DNA from: an uncultured Candidatus Saccharibacteria bacterium
GTDB taxonomy: Bacteria; Patescibacteriota; Minisyncoccia; Phycocordibacterales; UBA9973
Assembly: GCA_964456475.1 (NCBI GenBank)
Contig: CAYVZI010000007.1
Location: forward strand, 294 to 64,293
DNA: 64,000 bases
Reading direction: 5' to 3'
A model generated the notes under the pieces. That model did no database searches, was not told the DNA's origin, and saw nothing but the letters and a program-made list of their open reading frames with translations. Positions 1 to 8,484 of this stretch are shown piece by piece. Every line of letters starts with the position of its first letter. The first letter of the stretch is position 1. The position numbers and the translations under genes are program-made.

Positions 1-119
1 CCTATCCAAGAATCTATTTCATACTTACTCAGTACATCTGGGCTTGTTGTCTATGCGATGAAAGAGAGACTTCTTTCATTCTTTCATTTACCAAAAGGTA
101 GTGAGTTGCCACAGTAATT

Positions 120-434
120 ATGAATACGACTATTGACCAAGAAAATATACTTAGAGATCTCTTTTCTCAGCTTGTTGTAGATCAGGGTTTTTCGATTTCT
201 GAAGAAAATGAGCTGTTTGAAAAAATCGAGTCGACAATCATACTTACCGTAGCTGCAGAGCTTTTTACTACGCTTGATGAGGAAACAAGAGGGAATATTG
301 ATGAGAATGCTTTTTCAGACTACAAAGCAATGTTTGAATTTTTGAATGCACACACTCCAAAAGAATATTTCAGTGAAGTTGTGGCTTCAGTCACCGAATC
401 AGTCCTTGCCGAATTTTTGCATAATTTAAAATAG
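120..434 (+). CDS. hypothetical small acidic protein
   Basis: Complete 104-aa ORF with ATG start; no recognisable motif. Confidence 0.4.
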   Translation: MNTTIDQENILRDLFSQLVVDQGFSISEENELFEKIESTIILTVAAELFTTLDEETRGNIDENAFSDYKAMFEFLNAHTPKEYFSEVVASVTESVLAEFLHNLK

Positions 435-485
435 TCAGATTGACTTTTTGCTAATACGCTCGTATAATCCTTAAAAAATTCAGCC

Positions 486-929
486 ATGGTGTTAAAAAAT
501 TTCATAGAGTGTATTAAGAATTCAATCGGAACACGGATGTTTCGCAGTTATTTTGTTGATGATGTTGACGTGTTAAAAAATGGTGATTTGTCCTGCGCTT
601 TTTATGTAAGTTCACTGCTGCATATTTTTGGACTTATTGACCGAGCTCATTTCACGGTTGATGGTACGGAATTCGCCATGAAAAATGCAGGTTGGGTTGA
701 AATTAAAAAATTGAAGCCAGGATGCGTTATTTTTTGGGAGCCAATCATTCAAGATGGAAATCATCACAGGCATATCGGTTTTTATATTGGTGAAAACCAG
801 GCCATTAGCAACCGAAGCTCACTTCAAGCCGTAGGAGAGCACGCCCTTCATTATTCTGGTCTTGATAAGGATAATAAGAGGAAGAAGGCAAAAATCAATC
901 GCCTTTACTGGCACAAAAGCTTGGTGTAA
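486..929 (+). CDS. putative papain-fold cysteine peptidase (NlpC/P60 or CHAP-like), tentative
   Basis: 147-aa ORF with conserved Cys (LSCAFYVSSLL) and a downstream His cluster (NHHRHIGFYIG), the Cys-His spacing typical of NlpC/P60-CHAP folds. Weak call. Confidence 0.35.
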   Translation: MVLKNFIECIKNSIGTRMFRSYFVDDVDVLKNGDLSCAFYVSSLLHIFGLIDRAHFTVDGTEFAMKNAGWVEIKKLKPGCVIFWEPIIQDGNHHRHIGFYIGENQAISNRSSLQAVGEHALHYSGLDKDNKRKKAKINRLYWHKSLV

Positions 930-939
930 TATCACCTAC

Positions 940-1440
940 ATGAATGTAGTCGTAAAAGGATCAGAAGTGTCATTCAACAATGACACTTTTTTTAATTGCG
1001 TTTTTGGAAAAAATGGCTTTACTTCCGGTAAGGTAGAAGGTGATGAAAAAACACCTCTTGGCTTATTTGCCATAGAAAAGATTTATTTCAGAAGCGATCG
1101 TGTTCAGTCATTTGTTTCAATCTATAATTTGATTCCTATCAATAAAGATGATGGCTGGTGTGATGATGTGAATTCAGAATATTATAACCAGTTCATTAAA
1201 CTTCCGTTTGGGGAAAGTCATGAAGAATTATGGAGAGAAGATGAACTCTATGACATAATTGTGGTACTAGATTACAACACTAACCCTGTTACAAAAGGGA
1301 AAGGAAGTGCGATTTTTATGCATGTGGCAAAGGAAAACATGCAATATACGAAGGGCTGTATTGCTATGAAAAAACAGGATTTGATAGCCTTGCTGGGTAT
1401 GCTTGATTCTACTGATATAAAGGTGGAAATAAGGGCTTAG
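940..1440 (+). CDS. L,D-transpeptidase-like (YkuD/ErfK fold) protein
   Basis: C-terminal FMHVAKENMQYTKGCIAMK resembles the H...(S/T)xGC(I/V) catalytic motif of L,D-transpeptidases. The track ORF starts at 862 on TTG and overlaps the upstream ORF; the internal Met MNVVV just after the upstream stop is the more likely start. Confidence 0.5.
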   Translation: MNVVVKGSEVSFNNDTFFNCVFGKNGFTSGKVEGDEKTPLGLFAIEKIYFRSDRVQSFVSIYNLIPINKDDGWCDDVNSEYYNQFIKLPFGESHEELWREDELYDIIVVLDYNTNPVTKGKGSAIFMHVAKENMQYTKGCIAMKKQDLIALLGMLDSTDIKVEIRA

Positions 1441-1520
1441 AAGGTATATAAGGGCTTTCTAGAGGGGGAGGAAAGGTATAGCTTGATTTATTCCAGCAAA
1501 TATAGTACTATCTGCCTACT

Positions 1521-1679
1521 ATGTCACAAGATAAATTGATCAAACTCGCTTGCGGAACCTGTAAGCGCATCAACTACTGGAGCCGAAAGAATAAGAAACT
1601 CGTCACACGAAAGATCGAGCTCAACAAATACTGCAAATGGTGTAAGGTTCAGAAGAAACATAAGGAAGTTAAAAAGTAA
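1521..1679 (+). CDS. rpmG: 50S ribosomal protein L33
   Basis: 52-aa ORF below the track length cut-off. Hand translation MSQDKLIKLACGTCKRINYWSRKNKKLVTRKIELNKYCKWCKVQKKHKEVKK shows the CxxC...YCxxC zinc ribbon and the NY/ELxKYC/HKE signature of L33. Confidence 0.85.
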   Translation: MSQDKLIKLACGTCKRINYWSRKNKKLVTRKIELNKYCKWCKVQKKHKEVKK

Positions 1680-1684
1680 AAACA

Positions 1685-1710
1685 AAAGCCCCGAAAGGGG
1701 CTTTTGTTTT
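1685..1710 (+). terminator. rho-independent terminator after rpmG
   Basis: Hairpin AAAGCCCC-gaaa-GGGGCTTT followed by a T-run. Confidence 0.7.
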
Positions 1711-1759
1711 GGATTGGGTGGTATATAATGTTTATGTAACCCTACAATAGGGTTCTTTT

Positions 1760-2413
1760 ATGAAAAAAGATTTACAGCTTAAAACTATAGAGCTTCGAAA
1801 ACTCGGGCATTCTGTAAAAGAACTTCATGAGGAAATTGGAGTTTCAAAAAGCACCATTTCGAAGTGGATACAAACCGTTCCACTTTCGCAGAAGGCACAA
1901 AAGCGATTACGAGATCGGTCGACTAAGGCTCGAATAAAAGCCGAGGAGACAATTAGAGAAAAAACGAGGCAAAAAAATATTGTTGCGAGAGACTTCGCAA
2001 ATGACACTCTAGATTCAAGTAAAATTGATCAAAATATCCAAGCCGTGCTTTGTTCCATGATTTATTACTGCGAGGGTAATAAAGAATTAAAAGGGGTCAC
2101 TTTTACCAATTCTGATCCAGGATTGATTCGTTCTTTTTTAGTATTGTTTAGAAATTCATTTAGTCTTGATGAAGGCAAATTTCGAGTATTAATGCATCTT
2201 CATGATTATCATAACGAAAAGGAGCAAAAATTATTCTGGTCGAATATTACTCAAATTCCTTATAATCAATTCAATAAGTCGTACATTAAAAAAAGCGAAC
2301 ATAAGTATAAAAAAGAGGGGTATATGGGATGTATAAAGGTGGTATATGGTGATGTTTCGATTGCAAGAAAATTGAGTGCCATTGCAAAAACCTTTATGGA
2401 AAGGTATAAATAG
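1760..2413 (+). CDS. freestanding HTH + single-motif LAGLIDADG-like homing-endonuclease-family protein
   Basis: N-terminal HTH (LRKLGHSVKELHEEIGVSKSTISKWIQ) and a LAGLIDADG-like motif CSMIYYCEGNK (hydrophobic-x-G...EG). Clear paralog of ORF 17284..17967. Stop lies 7 nt before tRNA-Trp. Confidence 0.6.
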   Translation: MKKDLQLKTIELRKLGHSVKELHEEIGVSKSTISKWIQTVPLSQKAQKRLRDRSTKARIKAEETIREKTRQKNIVARDFANDTLDSSKIDQNIQAVLCSMIYYCEGNKELKGVTFTNSDPGLIRSFLVLFRNSFSLDEGKFRVLMHLHDYHNEKEQKLFWSNITQIPYNQFNKSYIKKSEHKYKKEGYMGCIKVVYGDVSIARKLSAIAKTFMERYK

Positions 2414-2419
2414 ACGCAC

Positions 2420-2490
2420 GGGCGGTTAGTTTAGTGGTAGAACAAAGGACTCCAAATCCTTTGGCGGGAGTTCGATTCTTCCACCGCCCG
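2420..2490 (+). tRNA. tRNA-Trp (anticodon CCA)
   Basis: Hand-folded cloverleaf. Acceptor GGGCGGT/ACCGCCC, anticodon stem AAGGA/TCCTT with loop CTCCAAA, T-arm GGGAG-TTCGATT-CTTCC, discriminator G. CCA not encoded. Confidence 0.85.
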
Positions 2491-2498
2491 CAAAATGT

Positions 2499-3029
2499 AT
2501 GACTCAAGAAAACATTCAATCTCCTGAAAAAGTAACTTTTAAAAAACCAGGACCGGAAGACTGGGAAAGATTTCGAAAAATTAGACTAGAAGCTTTGCAA
2601 ACAGACCCGCAAGCTTTTGGGGGTAATTTTGAGAATGAATTGCAGGAAAATGAACTATATTGGCGAGAAAAATTATCAGATAAAGATAGAAGTTTCTATG
2701 TAGCTGAAGAGAATTCGGATTTTGTTGCAACAGCCGGTGCAAGAAAGATAGATGATACAGAGTGGATGCTTTCAACTATTTATACCTCGCCTAGTTCTAG
2801 AGGAAAAGGGATTTCAAATGAGCTGTTATTGCGAGTTATACATGAAGCAAAAAAATCTGGTGTAAAGAAGGTATCTCTCAATGTAAATTCTGAACAGGAA
2901 AATGCTGTTGATTTATATAAAAAATTAGGATTTAAAATAATTGCAGAAGGAAAAGGTATACAGATGGGGGATGGAATTATTCATCACGAGTATTACATGG
3001 AGAAGGAGCTCGATTCTCTTTTAGACTAA
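2499..3029 (+). CDS. GNAT family N-acetyltransferase
   Basis: 176 aa with typical GNAT motifs (RxxGxG/A-like SSRGKGISNELL, C-terminal KLGFKI). Confidence 0.8.
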   Translation: MTQENIQSPEKVTFKKPGPEDWERFRKIRLEALQTDPQAFGGNFENELQENELYWREKLSDKDRSFYVAEENSDFVATAGARKIDDTEWMLSTIYTSPSSRGKGISNELLLRVIHEAKKSGVKKVSLNVNSEQENAVDLYKKLGFKIIAEGKGIQMGDGIIHHEYYMEKELDSLLD

Positions 3030-3030
3030 C

Positions 3031-3969
3031 TTATCTCAAAAAATCCTTAATCGCTTTCGTTTCTTTTACTACCTCGCTTTTCTTCAGTGGATTTATCCAA
3101 ACGATTGTTTCATCTCGCTTGAACCACGTTCTTTGGCGTTTTACATAGTGCCAGATATCCATTGCGAGTTCTTCTTCGAATTGCACGCGAGTTGTTTTCT
3201 TTGTAAGGAGCTTTGCCATTTCGCGATATTCAAGGCCGAGTGCTTCCATACGTTTCCATGACAGACCTTTTTTATGAAGATTGATGGCTTCACGAAGCAT
3301 GCCTGCGTTGAGTCGCTCTTTTAAGCGCTTCATGATGCGCGTTTTAAGTTCCATGTCTCCCATATCCAGTCCAATTTTGAGCGTGTTATATTTCGGTTTT
3401 ATGTTCTTGAGTTTTGGAACCTTGCCGAGTGCTTTTGCTATTTCGATAGCACGAATAAGGCGAACGGGGTTTTGCGCATCAATTGTTTTTGCACGAGCTG
3501 AGTCGAGTTTTTTGAGTATTTCAAAAAGCTGCTCTGCGGTTTTCTTTTCGAGTTTTTTGCGGAGTTCTACATTTGGTGGTACTTCGGGCAAAGTTGTGCC
3601 GTTTATCAGCATGTCGATATAGAGTCCTGTTCCTCCGCAGATGATAGGTAAATTCCCGCGTGAAAGAATATCGGCAATAGCTTTTTCCGCGAGTGTTACA
3701 AAATCAGTGACGGCGAATTGTTTCTTTGCGTCGGCAACGTCGAGTAGGTGATGGGGAACACTAGACATTTCTTTTTTGGTGACCTTGCCGGTACCGAGAT
3801 CAAGTCCTGTATATACTTGGCGTGAATCAGCAGAAATAATCTCACCACTATATTTTTTGGCGAGCTCTATAGAGAGCGAAGTTTTTCCTGTGGCTGTTGG
3901 GCCGAGGAGAACTAAGATTTTAGGATTAGAAATTAAATTCTTGTTCTTTTGTTTCGGGTTTGCGGTCAT
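3031..3969 (-). CDS. miaA: tRNA dimethylallyltransferase
   Basis: P-loop LLGPTATGKTSLSIELAK, SADSRQVYTGLDLGTGK, HHLLDV and GGTGLY motifs characteristic of MiaA. Confidence 0.9.
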   Translation of the reverse strand: MTANPKQKNKNLISNPKILVLLGPTATGKTSLSIELAKKYSGEIISADSRQVYTGLDLGTGKVTKKEMSSVPHHLLDVADAKKQFAVTDFVTLAEKAIADILSRGNLPIICGGTGLYIDMLINGTTLPEVPPNVELRKKLEKKTAEQLFEILKKLDSARAKTIDAQNPVRLIRAIEIAKALGKVPKLKNIKPKYNTLKIGLDMGDMELKTRIMKRLKERLNAGMLREAINLHKKGLSWKRMEALGLEYREMAKLLTKKTTRVQFEEELAMDIWHYVKRQRTWFKRDETIVWINPLKKSEVVKETKAIKDFLR

Positions 3970-4423
3970 TCCAGTATTTAATATATTTAGGAGTAATTAT
4001 CCAGACTTTTGAATCTTTATCGTTGTCGTGAATCCATTTAATAGTAATTCTTTCTTTGAATTCAGGACATTTTGCGTTGTGAAGTTTTACACCTTTTGTA
4101 ATCTCATCCTCAGTTTCTGCAATCCTGCAAATACCAGTTCCCTGAACACCTTTTCGGTCAGTTGAATCATCAGGATTAAACCATGCGGTGGCGAATGCAA
4201 CCGAGTCATTTGCAAGTATCTCTTGTGAATGACGTGTATCCTTTGAACTAATGAAATACAGTGTTCCTTTTTCATCTGAACACATATACACATTCGCAAC
4301 CCAGGGTGTACTTGAGTTTGTTGTTGCAAGTGTAAATAGTTTTTGTGACTGTAGAAATTCTATAAGATTTTCCATTTTATTTAAGGGGAGGTTGGTCACA
4401 GATAATCTTTCGCCGTCGCTCAA
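3926..4423 (-). CDS. pyridoxamine 5-phosphate oxidase-like FMN-binding split-barrel protein
   Basis: 165 aa; LFTLATTNSSTPWVANVYM...LYFISSKDTRHSQEI pattern typical of the PNPOx-like / general stress protein 26 family. Confidence 0.55.
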   Translation of the reverse strand: MSDGERLSVTNLPLNKMENLIEFLQSQKLFTLATTNSSTPWVANVYMCSDEKGTLYFISSKDTRHSQEILANDSVAFATAWFNPDDSTDRKGVQGTGICRIAETEDEITKGVKLHNAKCPEFKERITIKWIHDNDKDSKVWIITPKYIKYWNDRKPETKEQEFNF

Positions 4424-4544
4424 GATTTCCGCGACCCCGCCTCACGGTTTCGCGTGCTCGCGAAACATCGTTCCGGCTTTCAACTCCCTCACACGAACCA
4501 AGTAGTTGGTTCGCTCTTCGGTACAATTTCATTATATTCAATTG

Positions 4545-4625
4545 TGCCGAAGGAGGGAGTTGAACCCTCATGAGTTGCCCCACTCGATTTTGAGTCGAGC
4601 GCGTCTACCATTCCGCCACTTCGGC
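4545..4625 (-). tRNA. tRNA-Leu (anticodon CAA)
   Basis: Reverse complement folds as GCCGAAG...CTTCGGC acceptor, anticodon loop CTCAAAA, and a long variable arm (TGGGGCAACTCATGAG) typical of tRNA-Leu. Discriminator A, no encoded CCA. Confidence 0.85.
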
Positions 4626-4828
4626 ATACTTTTCTTTTTTGGGTCATCCTGAATTTATTTCAGGATCCAGGTTTATACGGATTCAATTAGCCTGGATTCC
4701 CGGTCAAGCCAGGAATGACAATGCAGAATCCAATACTCGGAGATTCTAACCTATTATTCACATTTTTTCCAGGGTTTATGTGTTTTCCCCGACTTTCGAC
4801 TTTCGACTTTATGACTTATACTAGCTCC

Positions 4829-5842
4829 ATGGCAGAATTTTATTCCAACTCAATTTTTTGGGTCGACATCGACAAGGTGCGCCCAAACCCTTATCAGCCT
4901 CGCCGAGAATTCGAAGAGGGTCCACTCAAGGACCTTTCAGAATCAATTCGTCAGTACGGCGTGATGCAACCGCTCACCGTGTCTCGTATTGAATTTCAAA
5001 AAGATGATGGAGGTATTGGTGTAGAGTACGAGCTCATTGCCGGAGAGCGTCGTTTACGTGCTTCAAAGCTCGCAGGACTGTCACAAGTGCCTGTGCTTAT
5101 CCGTGAGGGTGACACGCCACAAGTAAAGCTCGAACTTGCGATCATCGAAAACCTTCAGCGTGCCGATCTCAATCCCGTAGAGCGTGCACACGCATTCATG
5201 CGACTCGCCGACGAATTCAAACTCGCTCATGTAGATATTGGAAAGAAGCTTGGACGTTCTCGTGAATATGTTTCAAACACTTTGCGCATTTTGATGCTTC
5301 CGGATGAAATGCTCACCGCGCTTGGACAAGGCAAAATTAGTGAAGGACACACACGTCCACTTCTTATGCTTGTCGATCGCCCCGAAGAGCAAATGGTCTT
5401 GTTTAAGGAAATTATGACCAAGAAGGTGACCGTGCGTGAAGCTGAGCGTGCAGCCCGAAATATTGCTGTCGATCGTGCGCGCAAGGTGCCTCGCAGTGCC
5501 GATCCTGAAATCGCCATCTTCGAAGCTCGACTTCAAGAACTCCTCGGTGAACGTGTTCGTGTCGAGCAAGACGTGATCGGTGGACGCGTGACGATTAGCT
5601 TCATGAATCCAGATGAACTTCGCTCTTTTGTAGAGCAAATTCATCCAGCGGAAGAATCAATGAACAACGACAACGAGGCTAAATCCGACACGGTCGGATC
5701 GCCCGACGCTTCGGAAGAAGCGTTTAGGGAACAAAGAGTGAATGAAATTGTGTTGGAAGAAATTCCAGTAGTAGCACCGGTTGTTATCGAAGAAAAGCCT
5801 GACGACTCGGATCTATATTCAATAAATAGTTTTTCACTCTAG
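4829..5842 (+). CDS. parB: ParB/Spo0J-family chromosome partitioning protein with acidic low-complexity C-terminal tail
   Basis: ParB box motifs (GERRLRASKLAGL, IIENLQRADLNPVERA) and an HTH. Start set at MAEFYSN because the upstream part of the track ORF is hydrophobic junk overlapping hairpins. Confidence 0.85.
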   Translation: MAEFYSNSIFWVDIDKVRPNPYQPRREFEEGPLKDLSESIRQYGVMQPLTVSRIEFQKDDGGIGVEYELIAGERRLRASKLAGLSQVPVLIREGDTPQVKLELAIIENLQRADLNPVERAHAFMRLADEFKLAHVDIGKKLGRSREYVSNTLRILMLPDEMLTALGQGKISEGHTRPLLMLVDRPEEQMVLFKEIMTKKVTVREAERAARNIAVDRARKVPRSADPEIAIFEARLQELLGERVRVEQDVIGGRVTISFMNPDELRSFVEQIHPAEESMNNDNEAKSDTVGSPDASEEAFREQRVNEIVLEEIPVVAPVVIEEKPDDSDLYSINSFSL

Positions 5843-5848
5843 TATTTA

Positions 5849-5886
5849 AAAATGCCCCGCGACTTTAGTCGCGGGGCATTTTTTTG
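5849..5886. terminator. bidirectional rho-independent terminator between parB and rel
   Basis: AAATGCCCCGCGAC-ttta-GTCGCGGGGCATTTTTTT; A-run on one side and T-run on the other. Confidence 0.75.
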
Positions 5887-5919
5887 CTAGAACCTAGAAG
5901 CTATGAACCTAGAACCTTC

Positions 5920-7407
5920 CTATCTGAATTTCTTTGGCAAAAATCGAGCAAAAATACTTTCTTCCTCGTGTTCTTTTATATAGGTGCGAATATGTTTTTT
6001 TGCCAAAGCCGTTTTACAAAAATCGAGCCACTTCGATTTTGGTGTTCCGTCTTTTCGAGTTTCAATATGTACGATATCACCAGAATGAAGTATCGTATCA
6101 AGTGCTACAAATTTTCCGTTTACACGAGCTCCGCTCGCTTTGTCACCAATATCAGAATGCACTGCGTAAGCAAAATCGATAGTGCTCGAGCCTTCTGGGA
6201 GATCTATAACCTCACCGATTGGGGTAAACACGAATATTCGATCATGAAAAAAATCGAGTTTGAGGTGTTTTAGAAAATCGTCTGGTTCGGTTGCTGTTTT
6301 GCCGAGATTCTTGAACTCGTCTATCCAGTGAAATTTTCCGTTACCATTTGTGTTCTTTTTTGAATCACTTTGTTCTTTGTAGAGGAAGTGTGATGCGATA
6401 CCGAATTCTGCGCGTCCGTGCATTTCCAATGTACGAATTTGGACTTCGACGAGATCACCGTCACCAGTAAAAATGGTGGTATGAAGCGATTGATATCCAT
6501 TGAGTTTAGGAAGCGCAATGTAGTCTTTGATTCTCGCAGGAAGAGGCTTCCAGAGCGAATGAACTACTCCAAGAGATGCATAACATTGCTCTATCGTTTC
6601 GACAATGATTCGCAAGGCAACTACGTCATAAATATTTTCGATATTCATGTCCTTTTCTTTGAGTTTTTTCCAAAGACTGTATTTGTGTTTGATGCGGTAC
6701 TCAATTTCAAGAACATTGATATGTACCTTTTTGAGCTCGTCACTTAGCTTACTGTATACATGCTGGAGTGAATCTTTGAGTCGCTCACTTCTATCAGAAA
6801 GAATTTTTTCTACCTCAGCGTATTCTTTTGGATAGGCAAAAGGGAAGGCTGCATCTTCGATTTCACCCTTGAGTTTTCCGATACCAAATCTGTCGGCAAG
6901 CGGAGCATATACTTCGATTGATTCAAGTGCGATGCGTTTTTGTTTGTCTTCGCGCACGTGTTGGAGTGTTTGAAGATTGTGCAAACGATCGGCGAGCTTG
7001 ATCATGAGTACGCGATAATCCTGAGCAAGCGCCATGAGGAATTTGCGAAGACTCTCTACATGTCTGATATGTCCTTGGTATTTTACGGTACCGAGTTTGG
7101 TTACCCCCTTTACGAGCTCGACGATTTCTTTGCCGAACTCCTTCTCCATTTCTGCTTCAGTGGTTTCGGTGTCTTCAAGCACATCATGCAAAAAGCCGGC
7201 GGCGATAGTTATTGCATCCATTTCGTAGCGAGCGAGGTTTTTGGCAGTCTCGAATACGTGGATGAAATAAGGCTCGCCAGAACGACGAAATTGCCCTTGG
7301 TGGGCTTTGAGAGCGAAATTATAGGCATGCATAATAAGCTCGATTTCCTTCTTGAGGGGATGAGCTGGGAGTTCGGCGAAGATGTCTTTGACATCAAATC
7401 CTTCCAT
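5920..7407 (-). CDS. rel: bifunctional (p)ppGpp synthetase/hydrolase, short form (HD + RelA/SpoT synthetase + TGS, no ACT)
   Basis: HD domain (HDVLEDT), synthetase domain (YDVVALRIIVETIEQCY...GYQSLHTTI) and TGS domain (IFVFTPIGEVIDLPEGSSTIDFAYAVHSDIG). Confidence 0.9.
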   Translation of the reverse strand: MEGFDVKDIFAELPAHPLKKEIELIMHAYNFALKAHQGQFRRSGEPYFIHVFETAKNLARYEMDAITIAAGFLHDVLEDTETTEAEMEKEFGKEIVELVKGVTKLGTVKYQGHIRHVESLRKFLMALAQDYRVLMIKLADRLHNLQTLQHVREDKQKRIALESIEVYAPLADRFGIGKLKGEIEDAAFPFAYPKEYAEVEKILSDRSERLKDSLQHVYSKLSDELKKVHINVLEIEYRIKHKYSLWKKLKEKDMNIENIYDVVALRIIVETIEQCYASLGVVHSLWKPLPARIKDYIALPKLNGYQSLHTTIFTGDGDLVEVQIRTLEMHGRAEFGIASHFLYKEQSDSKKNTNGNGKFHWIDEFKNLGKTATEPDDFLKHLKLDFFHDRIFVFTPIGEVIDLPEGSSTIDFAYAVHSDIGDKASGARVNGKFVALDTILHSGDIVHIETRKDGTPKSKWLDFCKTALAKKHIRTYIKEHEEESIFARFLPKKFR

Positions 7408-7502
7408 GGGCAGAGTATACAGTATTTTGTGCTCAGTATACAGTATAATCCAACGAATATTGACTTTTTAAAATAAGACTGTAAAGTGATAAAAACTAAA
7501 AT

Positions 7503-8444
7503 TTGACAATCATGGATAAGAATCAAGTTAATAAGCTGTATCAAACAAAGGTACTCAACTTTCAGAACGCGATACATGCGTTTGAAGAATTCCGTGGCCT
7601 CGAGCGTTATAACTCTCAGGACGGCTACAATGATTATGATGATCGGTATTGGTCTTGTGTGTTACATAGGCAAAACCCGGATCTTTCATTAAATAAGGAA
7701 AGCAGACTGAGTTATGGATTTGGTGAATCTGAGTACTCGATAATTTTTATTTACGATCACGAAACCGGGAAAACACTTTTTATTCAGGGTAACTTTGATC
7801 CGAAAGATGAAAAGTCGTACCTCAATTATTGCCAGTTTGCACAATATTATTCACAACAAAATATTCTTGTCGCTCAGTTCGTAAATCGATTGGTAATGTA
7901 TCAACTTGATAGCGATTTTCGGGTTACGAAAATTATTGATAGCCATAAATCACTTGAATATATTGACAGGTATTTTAGCAAAGGCTTTAAGAAAGTGGTT
8001 TTTGAAAAAAGCGGCCTTAATTACTTAGTTATTGTAGATAGTAATGGTGATCCATCATTAATCCATTTCGATATGGAAAATGAAAATATTCTGACATACG
8101 ATAGTCTTCCGGGATATATGACCAGTTTTGGTTCTGTGGACACGCTTTATATCAAAGAGCTTGGCTTATATCCAATTGTTGTAATGGGAATACACGGTAA
8201 GCAAAAAAGCGACCCTGATCCTGGGTATTCTGTGTTTATACAAAATGGCAAACCAGAAAAAGGTTTTAATTTATGGAATTTCAAAAATGCTTTTTTTCAA
8301 TCATGGAGCCCAAACAAATTTGTTTTTGGTGAATGGTTTGGAGGTGAAGGTTATATTGAAATTTCTGTATTCGCGGATGAGTTATTGCTTGAAAAGGTAA
8401 CCCTGCCGACAAATATGAATTTTAAAAGAGAGAAGAAGGGGTAA
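7503..8444 (+). CDS. hypothetical protein
   Basis: 313-aa ORF, no recognisable motif. A TTGACT ... TAAAAT promoter-like sequence lies upstream. Confidence 0.5.
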   Translation: MTIMDKNQVNKLYQTKVLNFQNAIHAFEEFRGLERYNSQDGYNDYDDRYWSCVLHRQNPDLSLNKESRLSYGFGESEYSIIFIYDHETGKTLFIQGNFDPKDEKSYLNYCQFAQYYSQQNILVAQFVNRLVMYQLDSDFRVTKIIDSHKSLEYIDRYFSKGFKKVVFEKSGLNYLVIVDSNGDPSLIHFDMENENILTYDSLPGYMTSFGSVDTLYIKELGLYPIVVMGIHGKQKSDPDPGYSVFIQNGKPEKGFNLWNFKNAFFQSWSPNKFVFGEWFGGEGYIEISVFADELLLEKVTLPTNMNFKREKKG

Positions 8445-8484
8445 ATAGTAAATTATTGTAATAAAAAGCTGAATGAGGAATCAT

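Noticed and set aside
486-1440. 68-nt overlap between ORF 486..929 and ORF 862..1440, which could be read as a programmed frameshift or fusion.
   Set aside because: The downstream ORF as given starts on TTG. An in-frame Met (MNVVV) sits directly after the upstream stop, so two separate genes is the simpler reading. My hand reading of the sequence around position 900 was off by one base relative to the ORF track, so exact coordinates here rest on the track.
3281-3622. Antisense or internal shadow ORFs inside confident genes (for example 3281..3622 in miaA, 12253..12999 in serS, 16268..16789 and 16626..17072 in dnaX, 58108..58938 in gap, 63189..63983 in transketolase-C, 9205..10510 set in topA, 37001..45676 set inside the giant gene).
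   Set aside because: They sit wholly inside well-supported genes on the other strand or in another frame, have low-complexity or biased composition, and no motifs.
4251-4583. ORFs 4251..4505 (+) and 4377..4583 (-) near the tRNA-Leu locus.
   Set aside because: They overlap tRNA-Leu and the conserved tRNA-trailer hairpins; the translations look like noise.
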